From contig JAHBMJ010000130.1 in the NCBI GenBank assembly GCA_018398765.1, positions 1 through 55,637 on the forward strand: DNA of 55,637 nucleotides, in the 5' to 3' direction. The stretch is from Chromera velia. Lineage: Eukaryota. Below are positions 1-12,356 of this stretch, in pieces (position 1 is the first letter of the stretch; the number at the start of each line of letters is the position of its first letter). The notes beneath the pieces were generated by a model, which ran no database searches, was not told where the DNA came from, and worked only from the letters and a program-made list of their open reading frames with translations. Position numbers and translations under genes: made by a program.

Positions 1-44
<44 letters not shown>

Positions 45-82
45 TACACACATATGTACACACACACACACACACACACATT

Positions 83-170
<88 letters not shown>

Positions 171-208
171 TACACACATATGTACACACACACACACACA
201 CACACATT

Positions 209-245
<37 letters not shown>

Positions 246-252
246 GCACACA
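1..252. repeat. (CA)n/(TACA) compound microsatellite, probably intronic
   Basis: Direct reading of the sequence; the 70-aa HT-repeat ORF is an artefact of it. Confidence 0.95.
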
Positions 253-435
253 AGCGCTCGCACTGACGCATCACCAGATCACACAGAATTCTTCTTTGCC
301 TTTCTCACCTGACGCATCAACAAATATCAGACTCCCAGTCCCTTTTCCATCCGACGAGAGAACCAAAATCAGTTTGCGACTCTTCTCTTTATGACTGACT
401 GGCGAACACACTCACTGACTGACTGACTGACTGAC

Positions 436-3400
436 GGACATCTCTGCCAGAGTCATGCTCCTCTGCGAGCTTTCCCATTTCTTCTTTCCAGTGCGTGCTC
501 TGCAGACACACACAGACAACCAGACAAATAGACAAACAGACAGAGAGATAGACTCAGAGACAAACAGACAGAAGCACTATCTTCGTTTCTTTCCTTTTTC
601 TCTTCCTTTCAGACAGAGAGATGAACAACTGAAGAGCACCGAGAGGACTACAACATCGTCAAGAACAGACTGTCCGTCGTTTAAAAAATGTCCTCAGGTC
701 TCTCTCAAAAAACAGCTAGGGCTTTTCTTTTCTCTCAAGAAAAAAGTCTTACCCCCTTCAGTCTTTGCTTCTTGCGTCACCCACTCAAAACAACTGCACA
801 CCCACACCTTTTCCCTTCACATACACTTCCGCTCTCAGCCCCCCTCTCTTCAACCTTCCCCCCCCCAAAACCCCCAACACATTCCCTCGCCTCCCACCTT
901 TGCCAGCTGTCCCTTCAATTTGCTCTCCAAGTCCTTCGTGACGTCGACTAGCCAGACACGGATGCTGCCGTCTGCATGTGTGAATGGGTGGGTGCAGGAC
1001 AGGACAGCTAGGAGAAAGGGGGGGAGGGGCGAGCAGAGCAAACAGAAATGAGAGAGGGGACGGCATGACGATCGGAAAGAACGAAGAAGAAATTCAACGC
1101 CATCACGCACATACGAAGACGAATAAGAAGTGAAAGCACATGCGGTGTTGTCTGTGCAAGGGAAGGCAAAAACAAACCAACGGGGGAAAACAACAACCCG
1201 CCCCGTCCGATTAACCACCGACCGACCGACCAGAACAACAAGAAGCGAATTTGCCGAAGTCGGGAGAGATGCTCAAGCTCTTCACAGGGTGAGAGTGTCC
1301 TGCGTGCACGCAGCGAGGGGAGGGAAGGAAGGAGGCGATGTGATTTGATCCTTTCAAACGCACGCACGCACAAACTGGCATCGACGGGTCGAGCATTCCT
1401 TGCATCAAAGCAAAGAAACAGGCAAACACAACGAAACCAAAAACACGTAAATGAAAAGAACGAATTCAGAACAGAAAAAGACGAGTCCAACACCATGTGC
1501 AAGCAAGAATACAAGGACCAACAAACGCTACCCAAAACCAAAAACACGTCAAAAGGACTCCAGCAGATCTTCTTGTACCCAATCGTGAGTAGCAAAAAGA
1601 AAGAAAAAGACTTTCTGTCCGACAGACTGACTGACCTTCATACACCATAGCGGCCACCGGTTCTGCTGCCAGGACGGGAGCGGTCGCCTTCGCCTCACTC
1701 GCCCCCGTCTGAATTGCCTGCGCTTGCTGCTGCTGCCTCTGTTGCTGCTGCTGCTGTTGGAGCATTCGGAGGTCAAACCTCTTGATCAGAAAGTCCTGCG
1801 GCCAGGCAGGCAGGCAGGCAGGCATGTATTTATTCTCCTACAGAATGTGCATGAAATTATCTATTTTCATAAATACAAATTGATCAGAAAGTCCTGCGGG
1901 CAGGCAGGCAGGCATGAAGTACATATGTATTTGTAATTTTTACATGCGTGCAAAAACAAACATACAGAAAAAATTCCCTACAACAGACTACCTCTTTCTC
2001 TGTTTCAAACCGACAGACAGACGGGTACAAAAAAGAAAGCAGTGGAGTTTCTTTAATTGTTCTGTCTGTTAATCTACATTTTTCTTTCGTCTCACCGCGC
2101 GTTCCTCTATCACTTCATGCCTTCTTTGTCTCCTGACAAGCTTCTTGACTTTGCCCCCAACGAATCCAATGCACGAAAAAGAGGGGGAAAGTCACTAGAG
2201 GGCACAGACAAGAAAAGAAAAGACAAGGCAAGAAAAGAAAAGGCAAGAAAGGCTACCCACCGCACCACATGAAAGAACAGAGAAGCGGTCAACGAAGCAC
2301 ACGCCGTTCACGTGTTGCCCCCCGTGCGCGGCGTTCACCCTCATGTACCCCGTTCTGCATTGCATTGAATAATATTGTATTGGATCATGTCCATATTTTG
2401 TTGGTTGTGCACACAGGGAGGGGGAGAATGAGTTAGGATTCTCAGCTGGACAGGCAGAAAGAAAAGTTTCCGGCGGCTGGCGGGTTCTCCCGATTGACTT
2501 TATCGGGGAGCAGCTGTGAGAGACCCAAGAAGAGAAGAGAAGAAAAGAAAAATGGGGGGGGCGCATATGTGCTCTTCCTCTGTGCTTAGCAGAGACTGCA
2601 TGCAGATAGGAGGCACGGCTTGCCGAGGAGTCAACCAAACCAGTGCAGTTCGACACCGACAACAGGGACAGACGGACAAAGGAAACCTTTCCTATGCCAA
2701 CGTCCAGAGAGGAACATGAATAAGGACATGCAGCACAAATACACCTGCATCCATACTTTTACATGAAAGCAGCTGCATGTCTCTGCGTGTTTCCCCCCCC
2801 CGGCCCTGCAAAACACAAACAAACCTACCAACCTCTCGGTGCGAACGTCGAGGATCGAGAGGGCCCCGTCTCTGGAGGCCACGCAGGCCAGAGTGCTCTC
2901 GGAGGGCACAGAGGGGTCGAAGCAGAACGCTGTGCAGGTGACTGCGCGCATGGATACAGGTGGACACATACAAAATTTCGTATTGGAAGCGTTCGATCTG
3001 CTGGTGGAACGAATAAACGAAGAGACGGGGATGCGACGGTGAGAAGGCCGAGGAAGACACTTCTAAAAAGGGAGACAGCATTTCCCTCTTCCCTTCCCGA
3101 CAAAGATACTGCTTCGTTCTTTTTTTTTCGGACGGAGAGACCCACCAGCTTTTTTTGAATGTTCTGTCTGCCCTTTTCGATAAGCATAGCTGTACAACGG
3201 CACAGTGATTCTTCTTGGTGTCTTTTCGGTCCAGATAGCTGCCTGTTTGGCTGGCAGCCTGTCTGTCTCTGTCTGTGTGTAGTGCAGAAAGGCAAATTAG
3301 TAAAAAAAGCACGGAAGGAAAGAAAACCATGGGCGATTTTTTTTCCAATACATTCTTTTCTTTCGCAACTGACTGACTCACTGACTGACTGGCATCGTTG

Positions 3401-4635
3401 TGCAGCTGCACTGCGGCTGTCGGCTGAGATGCCCCGACGTCATGGAGCCGCACAAATCCGTCTGCAAGCAAGGAAGGAAGGAAGGAAGGAAGCAAGGAAG
3501 GAAGGAAGGAAGGAAGCAAGCAAGCAACGAAGGAAGGAAGGAAGGAAGGAAGGAAGGAAGGAAGGACAATGAATGAAAAAGAGAACAAGAGAGGAGAGGA
3601 GGGGGATCCATTTGAACTTGAGGTTTCCTCTTCTCCACTTTCCCCCCTTTCCCTCTCGACGCCTCCCCCCCCCCTCACGTGCTTTACACCCTGCTTGCCT
3701 GTGTGTCTAGACGCCCATGCAGATACGCACGCACGAGCAGAAAGGTCGAAGATTAGGGAGGCGAGAGTGGTGTGTGCATCGGATTTGTCCCTTTGTTGTT
3801 GCATGTGCACATGCAAACACGCATGCATGCATGAGTACGAGTGAGTGTGCAGATTTGCAACCCCACACTTTTTCCACCAAAGAGGGCCTGCACGTCTTTC
3901 TTTCTTTCTCTCTTTCTCTCACTGTCTCTCACGCTTTCTCTCTCTCACACACGCTCTCCCTCTCTCACACACACACATCTACGGACAGACGGACGGACGG
4001 ACGGACCTCTGCCCCCCGAGATGAGAACATTCCCAGCAGGAGAGAAGGAAGCGTGGTAGACCGAGTCCGCGTGCCCCGCCAGCTGCCTGACCATGTTGCC
4101 TGCACGCCCGCACGCACGCACGTTTTGATGACCTGATGAAGAGAAGAACCAACGAGTAGAGATGAAACGTCTCCCTCCCGATCTGGAATGAGAGAGAGAG
4201 AGAGAGAGACATGTCACTCGAAAGAAAGAATAACACCACACACTTTCGACAACAACGCTGTCTGACAGCTGCTGCCTCGCAGGCTGTCCGTGTGCTTGCT
4301 TGCTTGCGTGTCTTCATCCACGTTCGTGTGCTTGCTTGCTTGCGTGCCTTCATTCACGCCCAACAGGCAGAGTGTGCTTGCATGCAGACGATGCAGGGGG
4401 GGGGTGCCATATGACGATAAACATGCAGAGAGAGGTTTTCCACCGAGAGAGAGAGAGAGAGAGAGGAAAACTCTGATGAAAAGAGAGCACTTACTAGTGA
4501 GAAGAAGAAAACAGTGACTGATGGAGGAGGGGTCTGGATGAATGAATGAATGAAGGCTTCGCAGAGAAACCGTTGCAAGAAACAATCACCCGGCTAGGCG
4601 GGCCAGCGTGTCCTTTGTTTGCTTGTTTATCCTTG

Positions 4636-4708
<73 letters not shown>

Positions 4709-5891
4709 CCAACAACAAAACAGGCGTGAAACCTCGCAAATTTTCAAACGTCTCTCTCTTTCTTCTCATTTCTTGCAGCTGATTCACCTAGCTGCCACTT
4801 GCTGACAGTCTGACATGTCTGACTGATCCAATGAAGAGTACTCACTTACCTACCGCTGGCGGCTTCCCTCTCTTAATTTCTTTTCATTTCCTTCCAGCTG
4901 ATTCGATCACCTGCCACACACTGACGGGCTGACTGATTCAATCATTCACCTACCGCTGGCGGCTTCCCATAGCAGAAAGTTCTTCTCCCCCCCCGACCCG
5001 CAGGAGGCGATCATGCGACCGTCCGGGGAGACAGCCACGTGATAAACGCCGTTCACGTGCTCAGAGAGAGTGCCTGTGGGGCCTTCGTTACGCACGTTCC
5101 AGGTGCTGAAACAGAGAGAGAGAAAGAGAGAGTGAGAGGGAGAGAGAAGGAGTGAGAGGGAGGCAGAGAGAGGCGGGGAAAGCGTGAGAGACAGACAGAC
5201 AGACTATATCGTCTTTTCTTTACTTTACTTTTTGGCTTCCTTTCTTTCTGACAGACTATATGTTTCCTCTTCTCCCTTCTTTTCTTCATGTACATAACAG
5301 ACAAAAAGAAAGAAAGAACAAAGACAAAAGAACACCACCAACAATCAAACAGCGTGGGCAGGGGGCCCGAAAGGTGAGAGTTAAGCGCCTCTTGCCTCTC
5401 CACCTCCCGACCGACTTTCACGTGATCACTGCGTTCACACGTTAATCCAACAGACAGACAGACTGACTGGATTTTCTGGTCATGTCCCCCACTGACGAAC
5501 GACTGTGCATCCAGCCACGAGACGGCGTCGACTGAGTTCTCGTGACCCACGAAGGTCTGCATGTACGAATGTGATCATGAGGGTACGGACGGAGATGAAC
5601 AAGGTGCACGAGACAAAAACAGGTGCGAACGCACAGAAAAAACGCACTGAAAGGGAAGGGACGGTGTGAAGGAAAAGGATACGCTATCTCTTTACGGAGG
5701 ATCCGGACATGTATATGAACCCTCGTAGCACAACAGAGGGCTCCGAGCAACTTCCCGTTTGTCGCTTAAAAACGGAAACGGACCTTCACTGGCGCGATCT
5801 GTATTCTATCTGAGGTGATGCTGAGGTTCTTGGTTCTGGCCATGTAGTTCAGAGAGATGGACTTCGGCATCCCCTCCCTTTCCATCTCCAT
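436..5891 (-). CDS. Multi-exon WD40-repeat protein; 3' end runs off the window
   Basis: Hand-spliced GT-AG exons join in frame: MEMEREGMPKS..PVK (5891-~5784) / TFVGHENSVDAVSWLDAQSFVSGGHDQKI (~5556-5468) / TWNVRNEGPTGTLSEHVNGVYHVAVSPDGRMIASCGSGGEKNFLLWEAASG (~5104-4955) / NMVRQLAGHADSVYHASFSPAGNVLISGGR (~4099-4008) / DGFVRLHDVG..LHNDA (~3461-3390) / TCTAFCFDP..ASRDGALSILDVRTER (~2942-2834) / AHGGQHVNGVCFVDRFSVLSCGA (~2354-2261) / DFLIKRFDLR..VYEG (~1794-1637) / HSHPVKSLSISPDFGKFASCCS (~1300-1231) / DGSIRVWLVD..QLAK (~971-898) / STHWKEEMGK..RDVR (~500-436). Repeated GH..S.D..W(D) pattern. Confidence 0.9.
5201..5430 (-). mobile_element. Two tandem retroposon-like 3' end fragments ending ..GACGATATA(GTCT)n and ..AACATATA(GTCT)n
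   Basis: 5255-5430 closely matches 42070-42322; 5201-5250 matches 51850-51910 in reverse complement; both end in ATATA plus (GTCT)n. Confidence 0.7.
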
Positions 5892-6651
5892 GGTTGGTTA
5901 GTTTCTTTCGGGCGGGCTGGGTGGCTGTATCGATCTATGTGCGTGTGTATTTGCAATCCGTCCGAGGAGAACAGATCGAGTCTCTCGAGCTGGATTCAGT
6001 GACGCGGGCAGGTGAATCCCCTTGTCTGCCAGAGGAGAGAACACAGATCGAAAAGGCTGCCTCACCGCTGACAACACGATACAACAGGCAACGGGAGAGC
6101 GAATCAACAGCGGATTCAGACTGATGGCGTGGAAGTTTGGGGTCGATGATTGGAGTCTGGAGAAGTTAGCAACTCGAAAGTTAGGTTTGTTGATGGAGTC
6201 AACCTCAAGAATTCGGCAGAGAATGACTCCGAACGAATCTCCGATCGAATGATGGAAGAATGATGCATGGAAGAGATTGGAAGAGCGCCTCAATTAGTGC
6301 ATGAATGATCATGAATGTGCATGATGGCAAATTATCAATTGGGGGGCTCGTACAAAATATATACCTTGTGCAACATTGTGCAACCGCGTTGCATATAAGG
6401 GCTAGACGGGTGGGGGGAGGTGTCATGCAGAGGTGGTCCCCCTAGGCGGCGCCGCATTCTAGCATACACTATACAAACTGATCTCTTTAGTGAAATAGCA
6501 AGGGTAACTTCCTTCCTTTCAACCAGCTTGAATCCGTTGATCAGCTGGTACGTACAAGTTTGAGAAAAAACGGCCCAGAAATGGCTGAGTTCTCAGATTG
6601 TCAACTGCCGAAAGGAGACGGCTCTGTGAGATAGTCTAATTCCCAAGCGAG

Positions 6652-7845
6652 ATGGCAGGAAGAAGCGAACTACCAGCCACTGTATGGTTCATCCTTCTCG
6701 CCGCCTGGTTGCGGGCTCTCACACCACCGGATTGGGTGACGGTCTTGTCCACATTCCTGTCTATCAACCACCTGGCCGTCTCCTGCCTCCTGCTGTGTAA
6801 ATATCTTTTGTGGCCAAGGAGGCAACCTGTGGAGGTTTTCTTACAGAGATGGCTGCACCTCCTCACGTGCAAAACTGTCTGCTCCACGCAACGAGTTCTC
6901 TGTCCACACCGATACGGGACAAAAGACACCGTGCAGCTGAAGGTTTTCTTAGTTTATGAAAGATGGAGAGATCGGGTGCTGGAATTCGCAAAACCAGCCT
7001 TCCATCTCCTCACCTAGCTCCTCACAGACAAAGATGAATTGATTCGACTTCTGGAGCTGGGAGAACGGAGAACGGAGGAGATCATTTGTCGCTACCTCAT
7101 CTCTCCTTTTTTTCTGGCATTTCTTTTCTTGCAACTCCTCTTTTCCATCCTTATCATTCTTCTGTGTGCTGTCGTTCTGGCAAGGGGGTGGGAAGCCTGC
7201 ACCCACGCCACCGCACTCGGATAGGTCGTCCTCGCACGAATATCCATAACCATTGAGGAGGGCCTCCAACTATATTTTGAGGCAGCAACCGGGCATCGGC
7301 AGGCCCAAACAAGTCGAATCACTACGCTTTTCCCCAGGCGGAGACCTCGAGAAAAAAGGTCAGTCGCTCGTATCATCGTTTGCACTGCCTTCCTCACTCT
7401 CGTTGCGTGTCCGGCGCTTGCTGCCCATTCGCCCCCTACGGCCCTGTGTGCGCAGACGGTGAAGGGAATCCCTTGGAGTGTCCCTCCCCCTACCTTCTTC
7501 TACGCACACATCCAGAGAGTGAGATGCTCCGGGCACTCAGCCTCCCCCACCTTCGCATCCGAGCTTTGGGCAGCCGGCACGGCCTACCACATAGATCCCC
7601 CTGCAAGGTTAATCCACCGCTTTCGCTACCGCTGGCTCCGTCTCACCAACGACCCCCTCCTGACCTCACAAGACATCCGTCGTCTAGATCTCCAGCCACT
7701 TTCCCCCTGGGATGCTTATCTTCTGGCAGGGCTCGTCGACGAACGTAAGTACAAAGGGTTTTTCCACCCCCCACCCACAAAAGCAGACAGAAAGGAAGAA
7801 GCCGCAAAGAGAAGACGCAGAGTAGCACCATGCTTTTCAGCATAA
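6652..7845 (+). pseudogene. About 397-codon hydrophobic ORF upstream of the RT, broken by two TAG codons
   Basis: ORFs 6652-7017, 7039-7224 and 7459-7845 share one frame. The only internal stops are TAG 7015-7017 and TAG 7222-7224; 7225-7458 is open when translated by hand. Hydrophobic runs: VWFILLAAWL..LAVSCLLLCKYLLW, FFLAFLFLQLLFSILIILLCAVVLA, IIVCTAFLTLVACPALA. Confidence 0.6.
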
Positions 7846-7882
7846 AGAGCAGACAGACAGCTGGGCCAAGTAGTGACTGGTC

Positions 7883-9370
7883 ATGCCCGAACCCCCTCCT
7901 CTGTACCCCCAGCCTCGCCCAGCCTCCTCCCCGCCTCATGCACGCCCTAACATCCGCCCGCAGCAAGCAGCCTTCTTTGTCAGTGGACTGCTTCAACTCA
8001 ACTTCAAGAAGAGTTACTGCTGGAGCCAGCGCCCAGCCAGAGCCAAACCAATCTGCCCCTTCTCTCTCCTTTTGTTCCTTGCTGTTCTTGCGATGTCACT
8101 CCACCCCACGCAGCTTGTCCCCCCACAGCTAGGCCAACAGGCGCATGTAGGAGCATGGTTCCCCCTAGGAGGACAGGGGGGCAACAACCTTGCGGCCCAC
8201 ATCACCAATGGAAACATACCCAACCCCCTCCCCGACCCGCCCCCCAGATCGACAGAACAGGACAGCCAGTACGGAGAACAGGAGGATGTTGTAATGGGCG
8301 GAAGCGCTGAAAGAGACCGACGAACGACGAAAACAGATGGAGGGGCAGCAGCAGCAAACAGACAGCCGCCTCTAAGACCATACCCCACCCAATTCCTAGG
8401 TTTTAACGCAAACAGAAGGTGTCCCATGTCAGAAGTAGAGTCTGTTGACGGAGAAAAGTCAGAGAGAGAAGTACCACCGGCAGCCAGGAGCAAAGCACCA
8501 CCCTCTAACAGGGCGACAGGAGGACTCGCCTCAGAAAACCCAGACTCCAGCGTGCGGGGGCCATAGAGAAAAAGAAAAAGACCAACCAGACGGCATGCCG
8601 AGGACCACTGGGAGAATCTAATCCTCTCAACAACCGCGCCATCCAACGAAGGGAAGGCGAGGGGGAGGTCCAAGGCCTGACTAGATGGAAGGAGTGCAGC
8701 AGGGGGGGGGCGGGGGGGGGGCTCCAGCTCAAGCAGCAGCAGCAGTAGTAGTAGCAGCAGCAGCAACCCTGCCGCAGCTCTAGCCGCAACAGCAGCAAAC
8801 TATGGTCAAATGCCTCTGCTTGGAAGGCCCGAAGGGAGGCCGCTCTCACAGATCTTCCAAATGCTACATGGAGGGAATTGGGGAAGGCGAGAAAGGGGAG
8901 ACAGGATGCAGACCGACCATGATGCCGAAGAAGAGACGGAAGACAAAGGGGAAGGGAGGGCTGACATAGAAGCAGAAGAGGAAGAAGAAAGAGAGAGAAG
9001 AGAAGAAGGGGAAGGAGAGCCGTCAGATGGAGGGTCAGACATCGACGACCTCACAGATTTGTTGGAGCGACAGAAATGGGAGGAGGAGCCGCTGGAGGGG
9101 CAACAAGGTGTCAGACGCAGGGCAGACAGAGGTGCAGGTTCACAGCCCACAGTGAGGGTTGCTCTGTCGGCAGAGGGAGCCAGAGAGGGAAAGGAAGAAG
9201 GGGGGGGAGGAGGAGAAAGAGGGGGAGACAGGGCAAACGGGGAGGAAGAAGAGCCAGACGTAACCATCGAAGAGTGGGAGGAAAAATGGAAGTTTTGGGA
9301 CTCCGTAGACCTAGAAGCAGAAGCTCCCGACGACCTTGACATATCCCAACTGACAAACATATCAGTGTGA
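7883..9370 (+). pseudogene. Low-complexity Pro/Gly/Ser/Glu-rich N-terminal region of the retrotransposon ORF
   Basis: ORFs 7883-8566 and 8810-9370 share a frame, separated by a TAG and a TGA; a frameshift at ~9367 leads into the RT frame. Confidence 0.5.
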
Positions 9371-12356
9371 CCTTCCGCCCTGCACTGCTCGCCATCTTAG
9401 AAGAGTGCACCCAGAGAAGCCAGAGTGATGACCTTGTAGTTGTGGAGCGGGGGTGGAAAGTGCTCTTCTATTTTCCGTCCCTCTTCCTCAGGGTCGACAG
9501 GAGAGGGGGAAACGTATCCCTCGCAGCAAGGAGATACCGAATCTCAGCGAGACACCGAATCTCAGCCTTCTGGAGGGGGGATTTTGAAGTTCTGGTCTCA
9601 TCACTGAGATCGGATATTGTTCGAATGAGAGAGAAGCAACTGGAGAAGAGGAAGGGAAGGAAGCCATCAAAGCAAGCCACAAAAGACAGCATGCGCCACC
9701 ATGTCGAGTCCTTCATCAAAGATGGGGCGCTCTCGAAAGCTGTCTCCCGCCTAGGCTCCCTGGGCATCGCAACGCCAACCATGAAAACATATCGCAAACT
9801 AAAAGAACTTTACCCCCCTCGCAGGATCCGATATGAGACCAAGCCCCTTCCCGCAGACCCCCTCCAGCTAGAGCTCACACTAGACTCCCTCCTCCAAGCA
9901 GCTCGCTCAGCCGCCCGTGGCTCTGCACAGGGCATCTCAGGGTGGCGTTACGAACACATCCGCTTCTTTCTCCCAGGTGACGGGTCAGGGGGGGGGGCGG
10001 GATCGTGTGCCCTTCTAACGGTGGCGTAGTGCCTTGCAGTGGGCAATACCCCTCCATCCCTCCTCCGCTTGCTAGCAAGCAGGAGGTCTTTTGCCCTTAA
10101 CTAGGATACAAAAGGGGATAAAGTGAGACCGATCACCATCGGGGACGTGCTCCGAAGATGAGTGACCATAAGTGACCAAGGCTATCTTGATTCAGTACGG
10201 GGAGAAGTTCGAGGAGCACCTTGGCGCTCTTCAGTATGCGGTCAGAACTAGCGCAGAGGCAGATAAAATTTTCCGAGCCGTCCAAACCTGTTTGCAGCTC
10301 TGTCCCAACTCCATCCTCCTTCAGATAGATGCAAACAATGCGTTCAACACGTGTGATAGACAGAAAGCGATGGATCAATTGCGGGAGCATTTCCCTGAGC
10401 TCTATCGTTTCTTTTCCCTCTGATATAGCACCTCTGTCCCCATCTTCTTTCGCGATCAGAAAGGCACACTGCGCATATTCTTGAGTTAAGAGGGGGTATA
10501 GCAAGGAGATGTGGCAGGACCGCTTCTTTTTTGTTTTGGCTTAAAACCGGCACTAGAAAAGTTGTAAAAGAGGCTGCACGAGAAGCACGGGAGGGCAGGA
10601 TACTTTATAGGTACATATATGGATAACCTCTCCCTCATTTTTCCTTTCAGCTCTGCTGATTCTCTGACCTCTGCCTGGTCAGATTGTGTCAAAATTTTGG
10701 GGGAATACGGCCTGATGCTCAATCTGGGCAAAGATAAGAGCGCAGCTTAGAGCGCAGCCTTCTCTCCCAGTTGGAGGGGGAAAACGGAGAGGGAGATTCT
10801 GCAACAACGTCCCCCGGGACTTGAGGTGTCAACAGAGGGCTACAAACTGATAGGGGCAGCAGGGGGGGGGGACACGTTTGTCAACAGACTGTTTAAAAAG
10901 AAGTTAGGGGAGGCCACCAAGCTTGGAAAGCTGGTGGAAGGGTACAGGGACCCCCAGGGCTGTAGTCTGCTCTTCAGGTACTGCATCTTTCCTAAACTTG
11001 TCTACTTGGCCCGAGTAATAGCAGACAGACTGCACACTGACGTCTGGGAGCGGGCGGATAAGGAGTTGGGGGACTCTTTTGCCCATAGTATGCGTTTAAC
11101 CCCAGAAGAATGGACCCAAAAAAAGGAGCAGATCTATCTCTCGTTGTACCAGGGGGGGTTAGGAATCCCTTTCTTCTGTCATATTGCGCCGGCAGCGCTA
11201 GTAGGCTGCGGTGCATAAACTCTCGCCGCAGTCAGAGGCAGGCTTACCGATCAAGGTTTTACAACGCCAACACAATCGGATTTTGCCGGCCTGCATTGGG
11301 TGAAAAGAGTGGTACAGGCATACACGGACTGCAGAGGGGGGGTGCAGAGAGAACTCGGACAGAACCATATTCCCTAGGTGTTGCAAAGTGAGTGGGGGGA
11401 GAGAATTGATGATTTCCTAATTCATGAGAGGGGGGAGATGCAGCACTTGCTGATTGAAGCCCTCCACCTTGTTCGCAAAGAACAACTTCTGAATGCGCTA
11501 TCCCCTCCAGGGAAGGCACGTTTGAAGTCCTATTCGGGCACAGGGGCCTCAGCTTGGCTCACTGCGATGCCGTCCTCTGGATGGACAAAAATTTCCCCCA
11601 CGCTCTTCACTACCGCCGTTCGTCTCCGTCTTGGTCTTCCCATCCCAGAAATCAAACGGAACCCGATCTGTGCTTGTGGGGCCACGCTGGACCATGAGGG
11701 CCAGCATGCACAGACTTGTGGCACGGGGGGGGGTGTGTGGTGGAGACATGAACAGATGAAAAATGCATTCTACTCTCTTTTGCAGGGGCTCCGTCATTGC
11801 TATGTAATAAGGGAGCCAACCTTCGGACAGCTAGGCTTGTCCACTCCCACCCGTCTCGTCAATGAGAGACAGAAACGTCCCGATTTCCTTGTAGGTCTCC
11901 CATCAGGAGACACCGTACTAAGAGACGTCGCAGTGACCCATCCATTCTCAATTGATACTAACCGCCTGCGAAGATTTGCAAAAACAGCAGGGTCGGCAGC
12001 AAAGGCCATGGAGAAGGTCAAAAACGACAGGTACGGTAAGATCTGTCATGAAATCGGATTTCGGTTTGTTCTTCTTGTGTTTGAGACATGTGGGAGACCA
12101 AGAGAGGGGACAATTCGTTTTTTAAAAGAGATGGCGAAGTTGGGGGCCAGAAGAGGGAGACGAAGCAGTGCAGACAAGGCTGATAGACCGGTATTATAAA
12201 ATTCTTTCCTGCATGCTACAGCGTTTCGTTACTGTAAATCTTCTCTGTTCAATTTACAGCAGGAGGGGAACTAGAAGGTCTTTCCAGCCTGAGTGCCTTC
12301 TCAGTAGGGAGGTCGCAGCGTTCTCCGGGTCATTCAACTCAGAGGGCGCAAACTAA
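9367..12356 (+). pseudogene. Reverse transcriptase - zinc knuckle - RLE endonuclease, inactivated
   Basis: Motifs SAQGISGWRYEH, VRPITIGDVLRR, QYAV, LQIDANNAFNTCDR, S*EGV*QGDVAGPLLFC, YMDN (10616-10627, from YxDD), LYQGGLGI, AWLTAMPS, CACGATLDHEGQHAQTC, RHEQ, RPD..DVAVTHP, K..RY, FET.G. About ten stops, plus frameshifts near 10165 and 12170. Confidence 0.93.

Noticed and set aside
6300..6650. Spliced-leader gene target or HDV-like ribozyme at the 5' end of the CRE-like element
   Set aside because: No recognisable spliced-leader sequence, and I could not fold a nested double pseudoknot by eye; a covariance-model search would be needed.
6652..12356. TAA/TAG reassigned to Gln (ciliate-type code), making the retrotransposon intact
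   Set aside because: Host exons have no in-frame TAA/TAG and end in TAA (39494-39496) or TAG (40107-40109); the element also has TGA stops, frameshifts and YMDN.
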